The notes beneath the pieces are model-generated. The model had not been told where the DNA came from, made no database searches, and saw nothing but the letters and a program-made list of their open reading frames with translations. From positions 1 through 64,000 of IMG/VR virus record IMGVR_UViG_3300021197_001203: a stretch of DNA of 64,000 bases, one strand, 5' to 3'. A program made the translations under genes and the position numbers. Positions 49,001 through 58,677 of this stretch are shown in pieces (positions within the stretch are counted from its first letter, which is position 1; every line of letters starts with the position of its first letter). The stretch comes from a virus.

Positions 49001-49735
49001 GACTTAGGTGATGCTGTAAAGAATCAATTAATGGCTGTCGAGACAGAAGAAGAGGTCAAAGAAATAGCGATTCTTTATCAGACCCGTCAAGCATGGTTGG
49101 ATGGTTTCAGACACAAGAATGAGGAAGGTGAATATGAATTGCTTGAGCCTAGCACCAAAGAACAAATTGACGCTTTGTATGTCCCATTACCTAATTCAGT
49201 CGTTCTTGATGTGATAGAGCAATTACAACCAGTATGGGGTTATCATTGGTCAAAGGTAGTAGGCAATCTTGATACTGTGTCTGATCAGATATTTCACATA
49301 ATGAACCACGACAATAGGAATCCATTGTCAGTCAGTTTCCATAAGCATGGTATAGACGGAGATAGAACCATGCAGAATTGGATGGGGGACAACGGACTGG
49401 GACATACATCAATGAGTATGAATGACGTGATAGCCTACCGACTTACAGACGGCTGGGTGTATCACAGTTGCAGAGCTTTAGGATGGGCGTGGTTGCCTGT
49501 TATTCATCAGGCTCAAGGGGCAGAGAATATGACTCGCTTTGAAAAGGTAAAAGCAATGATTAATCTTGATACAAACAGGATTCCGCTTCAAGAGGGAGAA
49601 TTAGAATTGATTGAGGCTATGGTTAATGGTTTTAACCATCCCCGTATCAATGACTCATGGGGGGAACTCAATGAAGATGGAATGTTTTGGGCTACAAAAG
49701 CCATGGAAACTCTGAGTCATGAGGTGATCGAATGA
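46019..49735 (+). CDS. Large modular acidic protein with repeated TVVxE[SAV]R linkers (possible polyprotein)
   Basis: 1238-aa ORF with 5 copies of the linker motif. Confidence 0.8.
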   Translation: MSMTEIMNVMRMILGSLLPSVFGQKAGLEMTVMSEARIGEAADQLYHTDLVLIQQELRTLSHVVITNEWTGEHPKRTDMTHGLEAQMKVDRLIKASATLETYANGCECIECKFVVAKEMPSLKNVVLGTPVSSFTWTGTGMVEEAITPDPALELDVPITEDEIRYHMKKWNGVIRSTFVWQHKMNAAELIEDLRKASYPAAGYEPTYVGGGSDAEHDWVEANYNFDSEYDREKNRMNASMVVVNEARTANGYNLDRDRTIHDVQPVVKSMKEVEGWTQEMLYIIIRDSTNASDRVEAAEMLVELKQKQLHSYLKDNLKPSVFRAVDFVIGCMPSDLDLNTTVVQESRVNDEELRGFQDYRMGATHQATDGLYYETPLDECLWQILDREDVEANCGLEEGEITEAAWKQFLALHKDAFASAVCALASEYYNDYHTPKDDLSDTVVQESRTRMSYMFKEGDEYPVSVANKSQAHKMLVHMIAHASGDGTPIAIVVANTYADEAFDIPMETPHSGDELLHGTYQAVKEVRDGQSVHVQLSRDDERFDHTTVKTSHVWDRRTLTNSDINRLREQWNRELDGLDSDSRFFPYSITGARAASSLIGQLLTKAEDDDYGGSVMVNVLCAEYKAEQVLRVYNLKDEFGDQIMSQAAGYNLPMTDVSLLEMSHSVPLIGYREAKNTFISLDGGRWSLSWAITGSYDDMTNESPRIEISNHYVIDKSIRDLCDHILTRKDSGRLLTTGQVKSDVLVKATSKENTYLVSDHQLKIVKKDLADLRSAAQLSLDDTVVHEVRLDIPDEHWDTLMETLLLDTETMAIEPSERDRIREALDSVETVNPFFDRGQLHCGFDVLKNPLYRISLADAINVCKAGGLVWLANESQDNYGGEDSRHYSYPVENHEDLYDYEDSEELLIVLEPMFYNKHGNLLEGHILPNSKDGVWKVSLTLARDARHRLADETHFDEEHIEGEIKSWLEDIDYRVLECDIIDVSNIPNANDGVYDLGDAVKNQLMAVETEEEVKEIAILYQTRQAWLDGFRHKNEEGEYELLEPSTKEQIDALYVPLPNSVVLDVIEQLQPVWGYHWSKVVGNLDTVSDQIFHIMNHDNRNPLSVSFHKHGIDGDRTMQNWMGDNGLGHTSMSMNDVIAYRLTDGWVYHSCRALGWAWLPVIHQAQGAENMTRFEKVKAMINLDTNRIPLQEGELELIEAMVNGFNHPRINDSWGELNEDGMFWATKAMETLSHEVIE

Positions 49736-52599
49736 GCTGGAAAGTAATTGAGCTAGCCGACTCAACACCAGCACCTGCTATGGATGGTGATGAATCCTTT
49801 GACACTATGGGGGGTTATGCACATACAAGTCTATACGAACGTGCGGTCAAGCTGGGCGCATGGTGTCCTTCAACAAACAAAGACGGCTTCATGTGGTCCA
49901 TTGAACAAGCTGAGATATTAACTAAGACTCAAGTCGATTTAGTTAAATGGACACACTACGGAATACCTTGTCGTGTTTCGATCAATAGTGTTGCAGGTAG
50001 TGGTAAAACTACACTGATTGAAGGGATTGCCAAATTGATTTGTAATATGGGGCTAGGCAATCAGAAGATAATCATGACAGCCTTTAACACCCACATAGCA
50101 AAGGCATTAGGTGATGTGGCTAAGTCTCTCAAGAAGAGTGGTCTAACAGGCTTCAAATCAATGGGTTATAGCAACACAGCCTCAGCTGGTGGTCGTGAGC
50201 TGTTATTCAAAATGATAAGGGCTAATGGTATGACACCTATTCAGGATGACCAATACAAATACAGGAGTCTCAGTCGCCAAGTGTTTTCTGAGATAGCAGG
50301 AATGAAAGAGATGTTGATAGGCATAACAAGTCAGCATGAAGAGATTAAGAATCCAGTGGCTGGATGGATGAGTGGCACTAGGGCTATTGAACACCTAGTA
50401 AGTGCATCAATGGCCAGTGGGATAATTACAGAGACAGAAGGTAGTATTGATTCGATCAAGAAATTGATTACAAGTGAACACGGACAACGTGATGATGTAG
50501 TATTTCTAATTAGTTTCCTCGGTGTTGATGCAGTGGCTAATGCTGTTGAACAAGTCATAGAGAGGGCTATGGACACTTTGGTGTCAGACATAGTGTATAG
50601 AGCAGACAAGGATGCAGTAGTGCCTGATTCAGTCTCAGGCTACTATTCACGCAGGTCATTAGTATCAGTGGCCGAATTACTAGCCCAGCCCAATGGACAC
50701 CAAATACACAGGCAGTTAGGTGTGGACTTTCCATACAGGAAAGAAGTGCCTAAACAGGTAATGAATCATGAGCTTGGTAGTTTAGCTAAAGTTCAGAATC
50801 GTGGTGGTGTATCAGGCACTTACAAAGTATTGATCGAAGATGTTGATGATGGGTCAGCTTGTTTTAGGTCAGCTAGCTATGCAGCATCTAATATTGTCAT
50901 GGGTAGTGTTCAGGACATAGAAACAAGGCTGGGAGTTTCGTTTCAATATGTCCCTCGCAATAATCAGGTTGTTCTTCGTAATTTAATCAGGACAGCCTCA
51001 GAAGACAACCAAGCACCAGTGCCTGAATGTCAATACAGATACATTGTATCTAAGGACAGGGCACAAATATTGAAGGCTATTATTAACGAAGTATTAGGTG
51101 CAAAGAATGTCGAATATAGCAGTGAAGAGGTTCTTACGACAGGAGTCGCTACATCAGGCAGCAATGCCACTGTGCCTGTGTCGATGCAGGACTTTGTGTA
51201 TGGTTGTGTTTATCATAATCTAACCGACCCAGCACCAGCGGCTATGATAATGATTGATGAGGTGCAAGACTTTTCTCAATTACAAGGTAGGTTCTTACAG
51301 TGCTTTTCTAGTTCTAATACTTCTATGATTTGTGTGGGTGATGTTAGACAAAGCTTGTATCTATTCAATTTTGCTAACAGTAAAGCGACCAAGATGATCA
51401 TAAATGATTTCAATTGTGATGTGATGCCTATGACTATTTGCTGGCGAAACAGTAAGAATGTAGTCTATGATGTTCATCAATTTGTCAATCAATGTATTGC
51501 TGAGGCGGGGGTTGATGGTTATGATAAATACAAGTTATTGAATGCTGGTATGGGTGATTATTCAGCACATAAATGTCCTGATGCGGATTACTGGCCTGAT
51601 GGTAAAAGGTCTGTTGTTATGCCAGCGCATTTGCTACCTTATGCGGCTCAATTAGGAGATATAGTGTCGTGTAGGATAAATGCGCCATTGGCTAAATTAG
51701 CTTTGAGGACGCTAGTGGATGGTGAAAAGAGTATTACATTACCCGCTGGTAAAAAGGGAATAGGTGAAGAGGTTATGTCAATAGTCAAGGGTGGCTTGAG
51801 ATATAATGGGGCGCATCAAGGATTCGGTTTGTTAAATGGTGATGAAGCTAGAGAATATCTCGATCATGATACAATAGAAAAGAGATATGATTCATACATG
51901 GACACTAACTATGAAGCGGCGGTAAAGAGGTGTGGTGGTGATTTGACAGCGGCTAAAAGTGAGGCTACTTATGTAAAGCTGGCCGATATTGCTGATGCAG
52001 CTCAGACGTTGCTTCATGGTTATATTGACAGAAGAGGCGAAAGTGGGACAGCACCAATGGCTAAGTTTGAGGGTTGGTTGAACACTTTATGCGGTGAAAC
52101 AGAAGGCAGGTCAGGTCATGATAATACTATCAGATTTGCATCGGTTCATAGGACAAAAGGCGCACAAGGCAAACAGGCATTCGTAATAACTGATCGAATA
52201 AACCACGAAGGTCAATTGAAACCCACGTTTATGTTGCCACATTGCATGAATAATGCAGCCGAGGTCGTGCAGGAAATAAATGCAGCTTATGTAGCAGCAA
52301 CGAGAGCCATTGATAGAGTGGTCTTTGTTTCCTTCTCTCAAGCACTAGCTGATAAATATCCAACATGGGAATCATTCAGCTTAGTATGGAATCAAGAGAT
52401 AGAAGAAGGTCAGAAGGTTGTAGCAACACAGAAGATAATTGACCAAGATAACGAATATGGGGTCATAGCTAACACTGGCGATTCAGGAGAGGTTATCCAT
52501 GTAGCTGAGGATGGTTTTCCTTGCGTTAGATTTGAAAGCGGTTTAGCTACCGATGTATCATTCGACCAAATAGTGGAGGCGAACAAGCACGATGAGTGA
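49732..52599 (+). CDS. UvrD/Rep-like superfamily 1 helicase
   Basis: AGSGKTT, IDEVQD, VGDVRQSLY, ICWRN, SVHRTKG and YVAATRA, with a large insertion between motifs I and II. Confidence 0.88.
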   Translation: MSWKVIELADSTPAPAMDGDESFDTMGGYAHTSLYERAVKLGAWCPSTNKDGFMWSIEQAEILTKTQVDLVKWTHYGIPCRVSINSVAGSGKTTLIEGIAKLICNMGLGNQKIIMTAFNTHIAKALGDVAKSLKKSGLTGFKSMGYSNTASAGGRELLFKMIRANGMTPIQDDQYKYRSLSRQVFSEIAGMKEMLIGITSQHEEIKNPVAGWMSGTRAIEHLVSASMASGIITETEGSIDSIKKLITSEHGQRDDVVFLISFLGVDAVANAVEQVIERAMDTLVSDIVYRADKDAVVPDSVSGYYSRRSLVSVAELLAQPNGHQIHRQLGVDFPYRKEVPKQVMNHELGSLAKVQNRGGVSGTYKVLIEDVDDGSACFRSASYAASNIVMGSVQDIETRLGVSFQYVPRNNQVVLRNLIRTASEDNQAPVPECQYRYIVSKDRAQILKAIINEVLGAKNVEYSSEEVLTTGVATSGSNATVPVSMQDFVYGCVYHNLTDPAPAAMIMIDEVQDFSQLQGRFLQCFSSSNTSMICVGDVRQSLYLFNFANSKATKMIINDFNCDVMPMTICWRNSKNVVYDVHQFVNQCIAEAGVDGYDKYKLLNAGMGDYSAHKCPDADYWPDGKRSVVMPAHLLPYAAQLGDIVSCRINAPLAKLALRTLVDGEKSITLPAGKKGIGEEVMSIVKGGLRYNGAHQGFGLLNGDEAREYLDHDTIEKRYDSYMDTNYEAAVKRCGGDLTAAKSEATYVKLADIADAAQTLLHGYIDRRGESGTAPMAKFEGWLNTLCGETEGRSGHDNTIRFASVHRTKGAQGKQAFVITDRINHEGQLKPTFMLPHCMNNAAEVVQEINAAYVAATRAIDRVVFVSFSQALADKYPTWESFSLVWNQEIEEGQKVVATQKIIDQDNEYGVIANTGDSGEVIHVAEDGFPCVRFESGLATDVSFDQIVEANKHDE

Positions 52600-52858
52600 G
52601 GGGACACAGGACACACCTGCATGGGCTAAAGCAGCTCTAAAGGTCAAAGGAGTAGGGGTTGGAACCCCTACCCCCGAAGACTGGGATGGTAGGTGTGATT
52701 CTTGTGGTCAATCAGGCGTTTGCCACCACCCTCATGATCAAGTCGTATGGCGACTTAATGAGAGTGAAGTGTGCTTAAAATGCAATCAATTACTACATGG
52801 TAGCCCCACAAAGGATGAAGAGAGATGTGCTTCTTGTGGCCGACTATGGTGTGAATGA
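52592..52858 (+). CDS. Zn-finger protein
   Basis: CDSC..CHH and CLKC..CASC. Confidence 0.6.
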   Translation: MSEGTQDTPAWAKAALKVKGVGVGTPTPEDWDGRCDSCGQSGVCHHPHDQVVWRLNESEVCLKCNQLLHGSPTKDEERCASCGRLWCE

Positions 52859-52902
52859 TTAAATAGGGTGTATTCCCTAGAGATTGATGTCCTACGTGGA
52901 CA
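52859..52902 (+). promoter_or_regulatory. Early-type promoter: TATA-GGGTG plus 5' hairpin
   Basis: TTAAATA GGGTG, with TGTCC-tacgt-GGACA at 52888-52902. Confidence 0.6.
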
Positions 52903-52917
52903 GGAGTATGATGAGAT

Positions 52918-53799
52918 ATGATTAATGAACAAAATATAGAACAACAACAATACGATGAAAACTTGTGTATAGCTTGCGGCTATAAGTCGCTTGAATACTG
53001 TGATGACACTAGCTTAATGCCTAGTGAATATGCTAGAAGGATGATTTGCACGTCATGTGGTAAATCCACCGAGTTTTACGGTGAAGTCATTTGGACGCAC
53101 TTAGAGCAGGATGAGAGACATGATGAGATTACAGACGACTGTGCTGACCTGATAATACAAGCGACAAAAGTAAACCAATTGATTAGTAATTGGTGTGAGC
53201 CTTTAGAAGAAGTAATAGGGAGTTTTATTGGTTATGATCGAGAAGATTATGTGGCTTTAGATTCATTCGTAAATGCTGAATATTTTACCAAGTTTTTCAG
53301 TATCAAGAATATTGCCAGCTACTATGATGACACAAAATGGTCGCATGGACCCCATGTCCACCGTAATCGTGAGGATGGTAAAGTAGCAATGACTGATTTT
53401 ATGGCGGCTACTTTCGGCAAGATAAGACTACTAGGTGTAGGGATAACCACCGAAGTCCTATGGAATTACTTATGGTTTCACACTGAAAACTACATAGAGA
53501 CAAGATGTCAAGATGAGGATGATGAAGAGATTTATGAAGAATACATAAACTGGTTGAAAGGTTCTGTAAAACCAGCTTTATCGTTTATACATGAAAGAGA
53601 GTTTGCTTACGCATCTAACCTAGTGAAGAATAACACACATATGAATAGTAGCTGGGCAATTAAACACATGAAGCCGTTTAGCTTAATGCAACAAGCGATA
53701 GAATGTGCCATACGAGGGGACATAGAGATGTTTGAAGAGAATAGAAGAGAATTGAGCAATGAGTATTACGAAAGAAGGAACGGGGGGCGATATGTATGA
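52918..53799 (+). CDS. Hypothetical protein with N-terminal Zn ribbon
   Basis: CIACG...CTSCG. Confidence 0.7.
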   Translation: MINEQNIEQQQYDENLCIACGYKSLEYCDDTSLMPSEYARRMICTSCGKSTEFYGEVIWTHLEQDERHDEITDDCADLIIQATKVNQLISNWCEPLEEVIGSFIGYDREDYVALDSFVNAEYFTKFFSIKNIASYYDDTKWSHGPHVHRNREDGKVAMTDFMAATFGKIRLLGVGITTEVLWNYLWFHTENYIETRCQDEDDEEIYEEYINWLKGSVKPALSFIHEREFAYASNLVKNNTHMNSSWAIKHMKPFSLMQQAIECAIRGDIEMFEENRRELSNEYYERRNGGRYV

Positions 53800-54302
53800 G
53801 TAAAGCTGTGTCGATCAGTCTTGAAGAGATGGATGCTTTTATGGAGGCTCAATTCTTTACTAGATTAGAGCCTGACCAAGTGGGGCATACTTGTTATGAG
53901 TGGGTCTATGAACAAGAGATGAATCATAGATATGCCCCAAACTGTAAGATTAGAATCTATTCAAGTATAGACCGTAATGGTGAATCAAGAGCTAAAGGTT
54001 CGGATGCAATAAGAGTAGTATTGACAGACCCTAAAGGCTATCCCTTCTGTAAAGCTTTCAAGCGTGTGCATAGAGTCAAAGGCTGGAGGCTTAACCTGTT
54101 AAGAAGATACGAGCCTGTGTTGCATGAGCCATGGAATTATACGTGGGCTGAGGAATACTGTTGTCCTAAGTGTAAGAACGGATTGCTAAGGACACGTTGG
54201 GGTAAAAAGGGTAGCTTCATGGGTTGTTCTAATTATCAATTGAGTAATCCCGATCCATGTAAATATACTGAACCCGTAATATTGCAGGAGGTATTACAAT
54301 GA
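53796..54302 (+). CDS. Protein with C-terminal topoisomerase-type C4 Zn ribbon
   Basis: CPKC..G.L..R.GK.G.F.GCSNY..C.YT. Confidence 0.75.
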   Translation: MSKAVSISLEEMDAFMEAQFFTRLEPDQVGHTCYEWVYEQEMNHRYAPNCKIRIYSSIDRNGESRAKGSDAIRVVLTDPKGYPFCKAFKRVHRVKGWRLNLLRRYEPVLHEPWNYTWAEEYCCPKCKNGLLRTRWGKKGSFMGCSNYQLSNPDPCKYTEPVILQEVLQ

Positions 54303-54523
54303 AAATAGACTTAAGCGAAACAAAACCTGTGTATGAATTACACATTTGGTATGATAAAACAGAACCACCATTAGGTGAGTTCGATGAGTTTGTAAAGTAT
54401 GAAAATGCTAACGAAGCGATAGAAGCATATCACAAATTAGATTGTGCATACAAGATACTCATAGAGTATGCAGGTGATGATGGTGATGTGTTGTTGGAAC
54501 ACAGCAGGGGTGATGACAAATGA
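54299..54523 (+). CDS. Hypothetical protein
   Basis: ATGA-coupled with a GGAGG RBS. Resembles 61428..61679. Confidence 0.6.
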   Translation: MKIDLSETKPVYELHIWYDKTEPPLGEFDEFVKYENANEAIEAYHKLDCAYKILIEYAGDDGDVLLEHSRGDDK

Positions 54524-55059
54524 ATATATTTATCTTAGATGAAATACCAAGAATGGCGGCAAAATATCACTGTGATATTCACGTCAATAAAATGATATTA
54601 GAAACAACACAGATGTTATCAACGTGTTTAAGATTGAATGGTGCTGATGATGAGTGGATGATAGAAAGAGGCATTACTACCAAAGCAGGAACGCCATACA
54701 AAAAGACGCACCAACATCACCCAGCTGTGAAGTGGGCTTCTGAAACTAGAGATAATTTTGATTGGTTATCGGACTTAGGTTATTGGCTATTGATCGAATA
54801 TCATTTTCGCTACGACAAAACACACGGCTGTGAAAAACCTTTGATGAATATCATAAGATTAGACATAAATCAAAGTCATCTGATCAAAGAAGGTGAAATG
54901 ACCGACTTTGCTCAATGTATGCCCGATGAATACAAAGTCAAGGGTGATGCGGTAGCAGCTTATCGTGATTTTTACATCAATGATAAAGCTGGATTTGCTA
55001 AATGGAAACATAGCACCCCGCAACCTGATTGGTGGCCTCATGAAGAGGTGGTGGCGTAA
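54520..55059 (+). CDS. Pyrimidine-dimer DNA glycosylase-like protein
   Basis: MNIF.LD..P..AA.YHCD.HV.KMILE..QMLST, H.HHP..KW, F.Q.MPDEYK..DAV.AYR.FY..DK. Confidence 0.8.
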   Translation: MNIFILDEIPRMAAKYHCDIHVNKMILETTQMLSTCLRLNGADDEWMIERGITTKAGTPYKKTHQHHPAVKWASETRDNFDWLSDLGYWLLIEYHFRYDKTHGCEKPLMNIIRLDINQSHLIKEGEMTDFAQCMPDEYKVKGDAVAAYRDFYINDKAGFAKWKHSTPQPDWWPHEEVVA

Positions 55060-55376
55060 TGGGATGGTGGCCATTAGACTTAGAAACAGGCAACATCAAG
55101 TGGGGTAAAACCCCACCACATGATATGATGTGGGGTGATGCGGTTGCTGACGCTATGGACAGGATAATGGAAAATGCGTTAGAAGAAGCCATGGTTCAAT
55201 GTAAGGCTATCTTTGAATCCTTAGAAGGCGAGCCAGTGATGACTCCTTTGGAGTTTTTATCGGGTATTGCCTTTTCATTGAATACTGTTGAAGAATATGC
55301 TTTCAGCCCAGCTTTCAAAGAAGCGTTGGGTGGTTATACATTACAAGTTAAATTAGTCAAAAAGGAGGATGAGTGA
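55059..55376 (+). CDS. Hypothetical protein
   Basis: Coupled ORF with RBS. Confidence 0.65.
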   Translation: MGWWPLDLETGNIKWGKTPPHDMMWGDAVADAMDRIMENALEEAMVQCKAIFESLEGEPVMTPLEFLSGIAFSLNTVEEYAFSPAFKEALGGYTLQVKLVKKEDE

Positions 55377-55508
55377 TATGCCTATATGGAAAATATGTGC
55401 AAACTGTGGGATGCCTGACGGCGGGACGACAGAATGCTGGCGTGTTGAAAAGGGCGCAAGGGTTGTGTTTCCAGCTGGGCACAGCTTCTTCGATCAGGAG
55501 ATGAAAAA

Positions 55509-55859
55509 ATGACTCGGTATGAATACACTTGTTTAGCTTGTAATGAAACTGTTTTGTTGCGAGGCGAGCCTATGCACAATGACCTTTTGGAAAAGGGTCA
55601 ATGTCCAGCTTGTGGACATAGTGGCAGCTCTATATGGGATTACCGCTATCCTGAACGGACACCCTCTTTTGACCCGTGGAGTAAATGCCCTACTTGTAAT
55701 AACAAACAAGGTTTAGCCCTCAAGGTCTTAGTGAAACATAATCCCGATTGGAGGGGCGTGGACAGATGTTTTCGTTTTTGCAGCCCTAAGTATGGTGGTT
55801 GTGGTGAAAAGTTCTTTGAAGATGGAATTGAAGGTATTGAAGGTGATGAAAATGAATGA
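55509..55859 (+). CDS. Multi Zn-ribbon protein
   Basis: YEYTCLAC..CPACG, CPTC..C..C. Confidence 0.65.
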   Translation: MTRYEYTCLACNETVLLRGEPMHNDLLEKGQCPACGHSGSSIWDYRYPERTPSFDPWSKCPTCNNKQGLALKVLVKHNPDWRGVDRCFRFCSPKYGGCGEKFFEDGIEGIEGDENE

Positions 55860-56115
55860 TACAGAAAAACGCTGGGTAAAGTATGCACAAGAGCATTTAA
55901 CGGGCAAAACAATCGTTTCAGTTAGATACCTGACCAAAGAAGAAGCAAAGGGTATGTATTGGACAGCTCAATGCCTTGTGATCACGCTAAACGATGGAAC
56001 GGTGTTATTCCCTTCAAGAGATGATGAAGGCAACGGTGCTGGGACAATGTTCGGCAGAACAAGCAAGAATGGCGGTGCTGATTTGACATTTCCAGTTCTT
56101 CAAATCTATGACTGA
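55852..56115 (+). CDS. Hypothetical phage-type protein
   Basis: Start MNDTEK after a GGTGA RBS. L.GKTI..VRY...DDEGNG.G motif. Confidence 0.65.
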   Translation: MNDTEKRWVKYAQEHLTGKTIVSVRYLTKEEAKGMYWTAQCLVITLNDGTVLFPSRDDEGNGAGTMFGRTSKNGGADLTFPVLQIYD

Positions 56116-56124
56116 GGTGATTAA

Positions 56125-56328
56125 ATGAAAGATAATGAGTGGGGGACTAGGTTTTGGTCGCCTATGCCACAGCCGCCAAGAGAACCGCAGGATGAAGATG
56201 TAATGTCTATTCACTTGTGTCCTGTGTGTGAACGAAGATTAAGGCACCCTCAAGACCTAAAACTAGGGCTAAAAAAGGATAGTTTGCTACAATGTGATGG
56301 TTGTGGCTGGTGGACTATTTTGAAATAG
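56125..56328 (+). CDS. Zn-ribbon protein
   Basis: CPVC...CDGC. GAGGTGA RBS. Confidence 0.6.
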   Translation: MKDNEWGTRFWSPMPQPPREPQDEDVMSIHLCPVCERRLRHPQDLKLGLKKDSLLQCDGCGWWTILK

Positions 56329-56383
56329 TTTTGATCGAATCAATGTGAGAGGTTAATAATAACACGACAATCGGTCAGCCTAC

Positions 56384-58018
56384 ATGGGACGAGATGAACA
56401 ACCAATATATGTATTGAATCAAAACATAGACCGCAAACAAGGCAGGACAGCACAGCGCAGTAATATAGCTGCGGCCAAAGCAGTAGCTGAAGCTGTTCGA
56501 TCAACATTAGGGCCAAGCGGTTCTGATAAGATGTTGGTATCAGGAGAGGGTAAAAGCGTCATAATAACTAATGATGGTGCTACAATACTGAGAGAGATAG
56601 ATTGCCAACACCCAGCGGGACAGCTTATGATTAGTGTCGCTGAAGTCCAAGAAGAAGTAGCTTATGACGGCACCACAAGCTCGGTTATAGTAGCAGGTAG
56701 TCTATTAGCTGAAGCTGAACAATTAATATCCAAAGGCATACATCCCACTACTATTTGTAAAGGTTTCAAGAGTGCTTCTAAGGTTGCGTTAGAAAAAATT
56801 AAGAGTCAGGCTAAAGATGTTGAAATGATGATGGAGGCTTCAGACCTTGAAAAAGAGGCGGCTCTGTCTATGATTGCTAAAACCGCATTAACTGGTAAAT
56901 CCGCAGAGAGTGAGATTGACCAAATAGCAGGATTAGCTATTGATTCAGTCATGAGAGTAGGTGGAGAGGGTAAAGCGGATTTGGATGACATTAAGATATT
57001 GACATTTTCAGGTGCTAGCTTTGAAGACTCACATATTTTAGATGGAGTGCTTCTTGAAAAAGAGCCAGTGCATAGTCAGATGCCCACATCAGCGAGTGGT
57101 AAAATATTGTGTCTAACATCTGATATTGAAGTTAGAGAATTAAAACAAGAGACTACCCTTTCGATCACAGACCCAAACGCACTAGAACAATTTCTAGCTA
57201 AAGAAGAGGCGGCCTTGTTAGAGATGGTTGATGCTATAAAAGCGTCAAAGAGTAAAATTGTGCTGTGTAAAGGGGCTATTGATGAGTTGGCCCAGCACTA
57301 CTTACAGAATGCAGGAATTATAGCTGTGAACCGTGTGAAAATGTCAGACCTTCAATTAGTTTGTAAATCCACAGGGGCAAAGCTAGTCAATTCTTTGAAA
57401 GATATTAGTCAGAAGGATTTAGGAGATGGTGCTACCGATGTAGTGGAGTATGGTGATCATAAATGCCTACACATATATGGCGAAAACGCCAACAATCCTT
57501 CACCTGTTTCAGCTGTTTTACGAGGTGTTAGCTCTCATACAGCCGAAGAGTTAGAACGAGCTTTTGATGATACTGTGGGGGTTGTTTCCGTTGCTTATAT
57601 TAATAATCAATTTTTAGTGGGTGGCGGGGCATCATACATGGGTTTGTCAAAGGAATTGAATAGCTATGCAAAGTCTGTTGGTGGACGTGAACAAATGGCC
57701 GTTGAAGCGTTTGCTAGAGCATTAGAGAGTGTCCCAATAACATTAGCCGAGAATGCTGGTGCTGATGCCGTTGATGTTATGATTCAGTTGAGGCACGTTG
57801 TCGCTAATAATCCCCGTTCAGTTCACGGTATTGACATGAGTGGTAAAGTAAGTAATATTCTAACCGAGAAGGTCATAGAGCCAGCGATAGTCATCGAATC
57901 AGCAGTTAAATCGGCTACTGAAGCAGCTGTGTCTATTCTGAGGATTGACGATGTTTTGAGTATGAAGCCAGCTGGTGGGCCTATGGGTGGTATGCCTAGT
58001 ATGGGTGGTATGGGCTAA
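56384..58018 (+). CDS. ths: Group II chaperonin (thermosome subunit)
   Basis: STLGP.G.DKM, ITNDGATIL, DGTTS, GGGA, LAENAG and ILRIDD motifs, with a GGM tail. Leaderless, with TTAATAAT at 56353-56360. Confidence 0.95.
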   Translation: MGRDEQPIYVLNQNIDRKQGRTAQRSNIAAAKAVAEAVRSTLGPSGSDKMLVSGEGKSVIITNDGATILREIDCQHPAGQLMISVAEVQEEVAYDGTTSSVIVAGSLLAEAEQLISKGIHPTTICKGFKSASKVALEKIKSQAKDVEMMMEASDLEKEAALSMIAKTALTGKSAESEIDQIAGLAIDSVMRVGGEGKADLDDIKILTFSGASFEDSHILDGVLLEKEPVHSQMPTSASGKILCLTSDIEVRELKQETTLSITDPNALEQFLAKEEAALLEMVDAIKASKSKIVLCKGAIDELAQHYLQNAGIIAVNRVKMSDLQLVCKSTGAKLVNSLKDISQKDLGDGATDVVEYGDHKCLHIYGENANNPSPVSAVLRGVSSHTAEELERAFDDTVGVVSVAYINNQFLVGGGASYMGLSKELNSYAKSVGGREQMAVEAFARALESVPITLAENAGADAVDVMIQLRHVVANNPRSVHGIDMSGKVSNILTEKVIEPAIVIESAVKSATEAAVSILRIDDVLSMKPAGGPMGGMPSMGGMG

Positions 58019-58281
58019 TGCCTATACGTGCAAATAAAACATTAAGATTAAGAAACAAATTAATTGCATTCTTAAAGGTGCGAGGCACTGCTTCTTCAAG
58101 GCAATTGCTCGATCACTTCAACTCAACGACAAGACAAGGCTCAACCATGAATAGCATGACAAACGTGCTAGCAAAAGACCCTAGATTCAAAATAGTAGGA
58201 CATACCAAAGTATCAAAGTTTTCAGGTAAATACTCTATGCTAGTGTGGGGTCTTTCAGGTGAAGAAGAAGAAGAAGAGTGA
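58018..58281 (+). CDS. Winged-helix protein (DUF3860-like)
   Basis: T.RLR.K...FL...S.QLL.H.N.T.R.G.T.....NVL.KD pattern. Confidence 0.6.
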   Translation: MPIRANKTLRLRNKLIAFLKVRGTASSRQLLDHFNSTTRQGSTMNSMTNVLAKDPRFKIVGHTKVSKFSGKYSMLVWGLSGEEEEEE

Positions 58282-58501
58282 TACGTTGTGCAACGTGCAT
58301 CATTTGAGAGTCAGAAGAGAAACTAAGTGTAGGTTATGTGGTAGGTCATATTCATGAGAAATAGAAGAGCTTGCAGGTGGTGTGGAGGCAAGGTCGATCA
58401 CAACCATGATAGGAAATATAGGTGTGAAAATTGCCCCCCAAAATGGAACGCACGATAAAACAAAAAATGCCTCGCAGTATCACGTTTAGCTGACCTAAGT
58501 A

Positions 58502-58551
58502 TTATAAGGGGTGCCCCCCCTCATAGGTAATGTAGTGGACACGGGGCCACT
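58502..58551 (+). promoter_or_regulatory. Early-type promoter: TATA-GGGGTG plus 5' hairpin
   Basis: TTATAA GGGGTG, with AGTGG..CCACT at 58534-58551. Confidence 0.55.
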
Positions 58552-58677
58552 GAGAATGGAGATGAAGAGAATGACAACAGATAAAACGGAATGTAATGGT
58601 AAAGAATGTATGTGCGGCACTAAATCATCAGGTGAGATGATAGTGCCTATTGGACAGGGACACAGCTGGTGTCTTGA

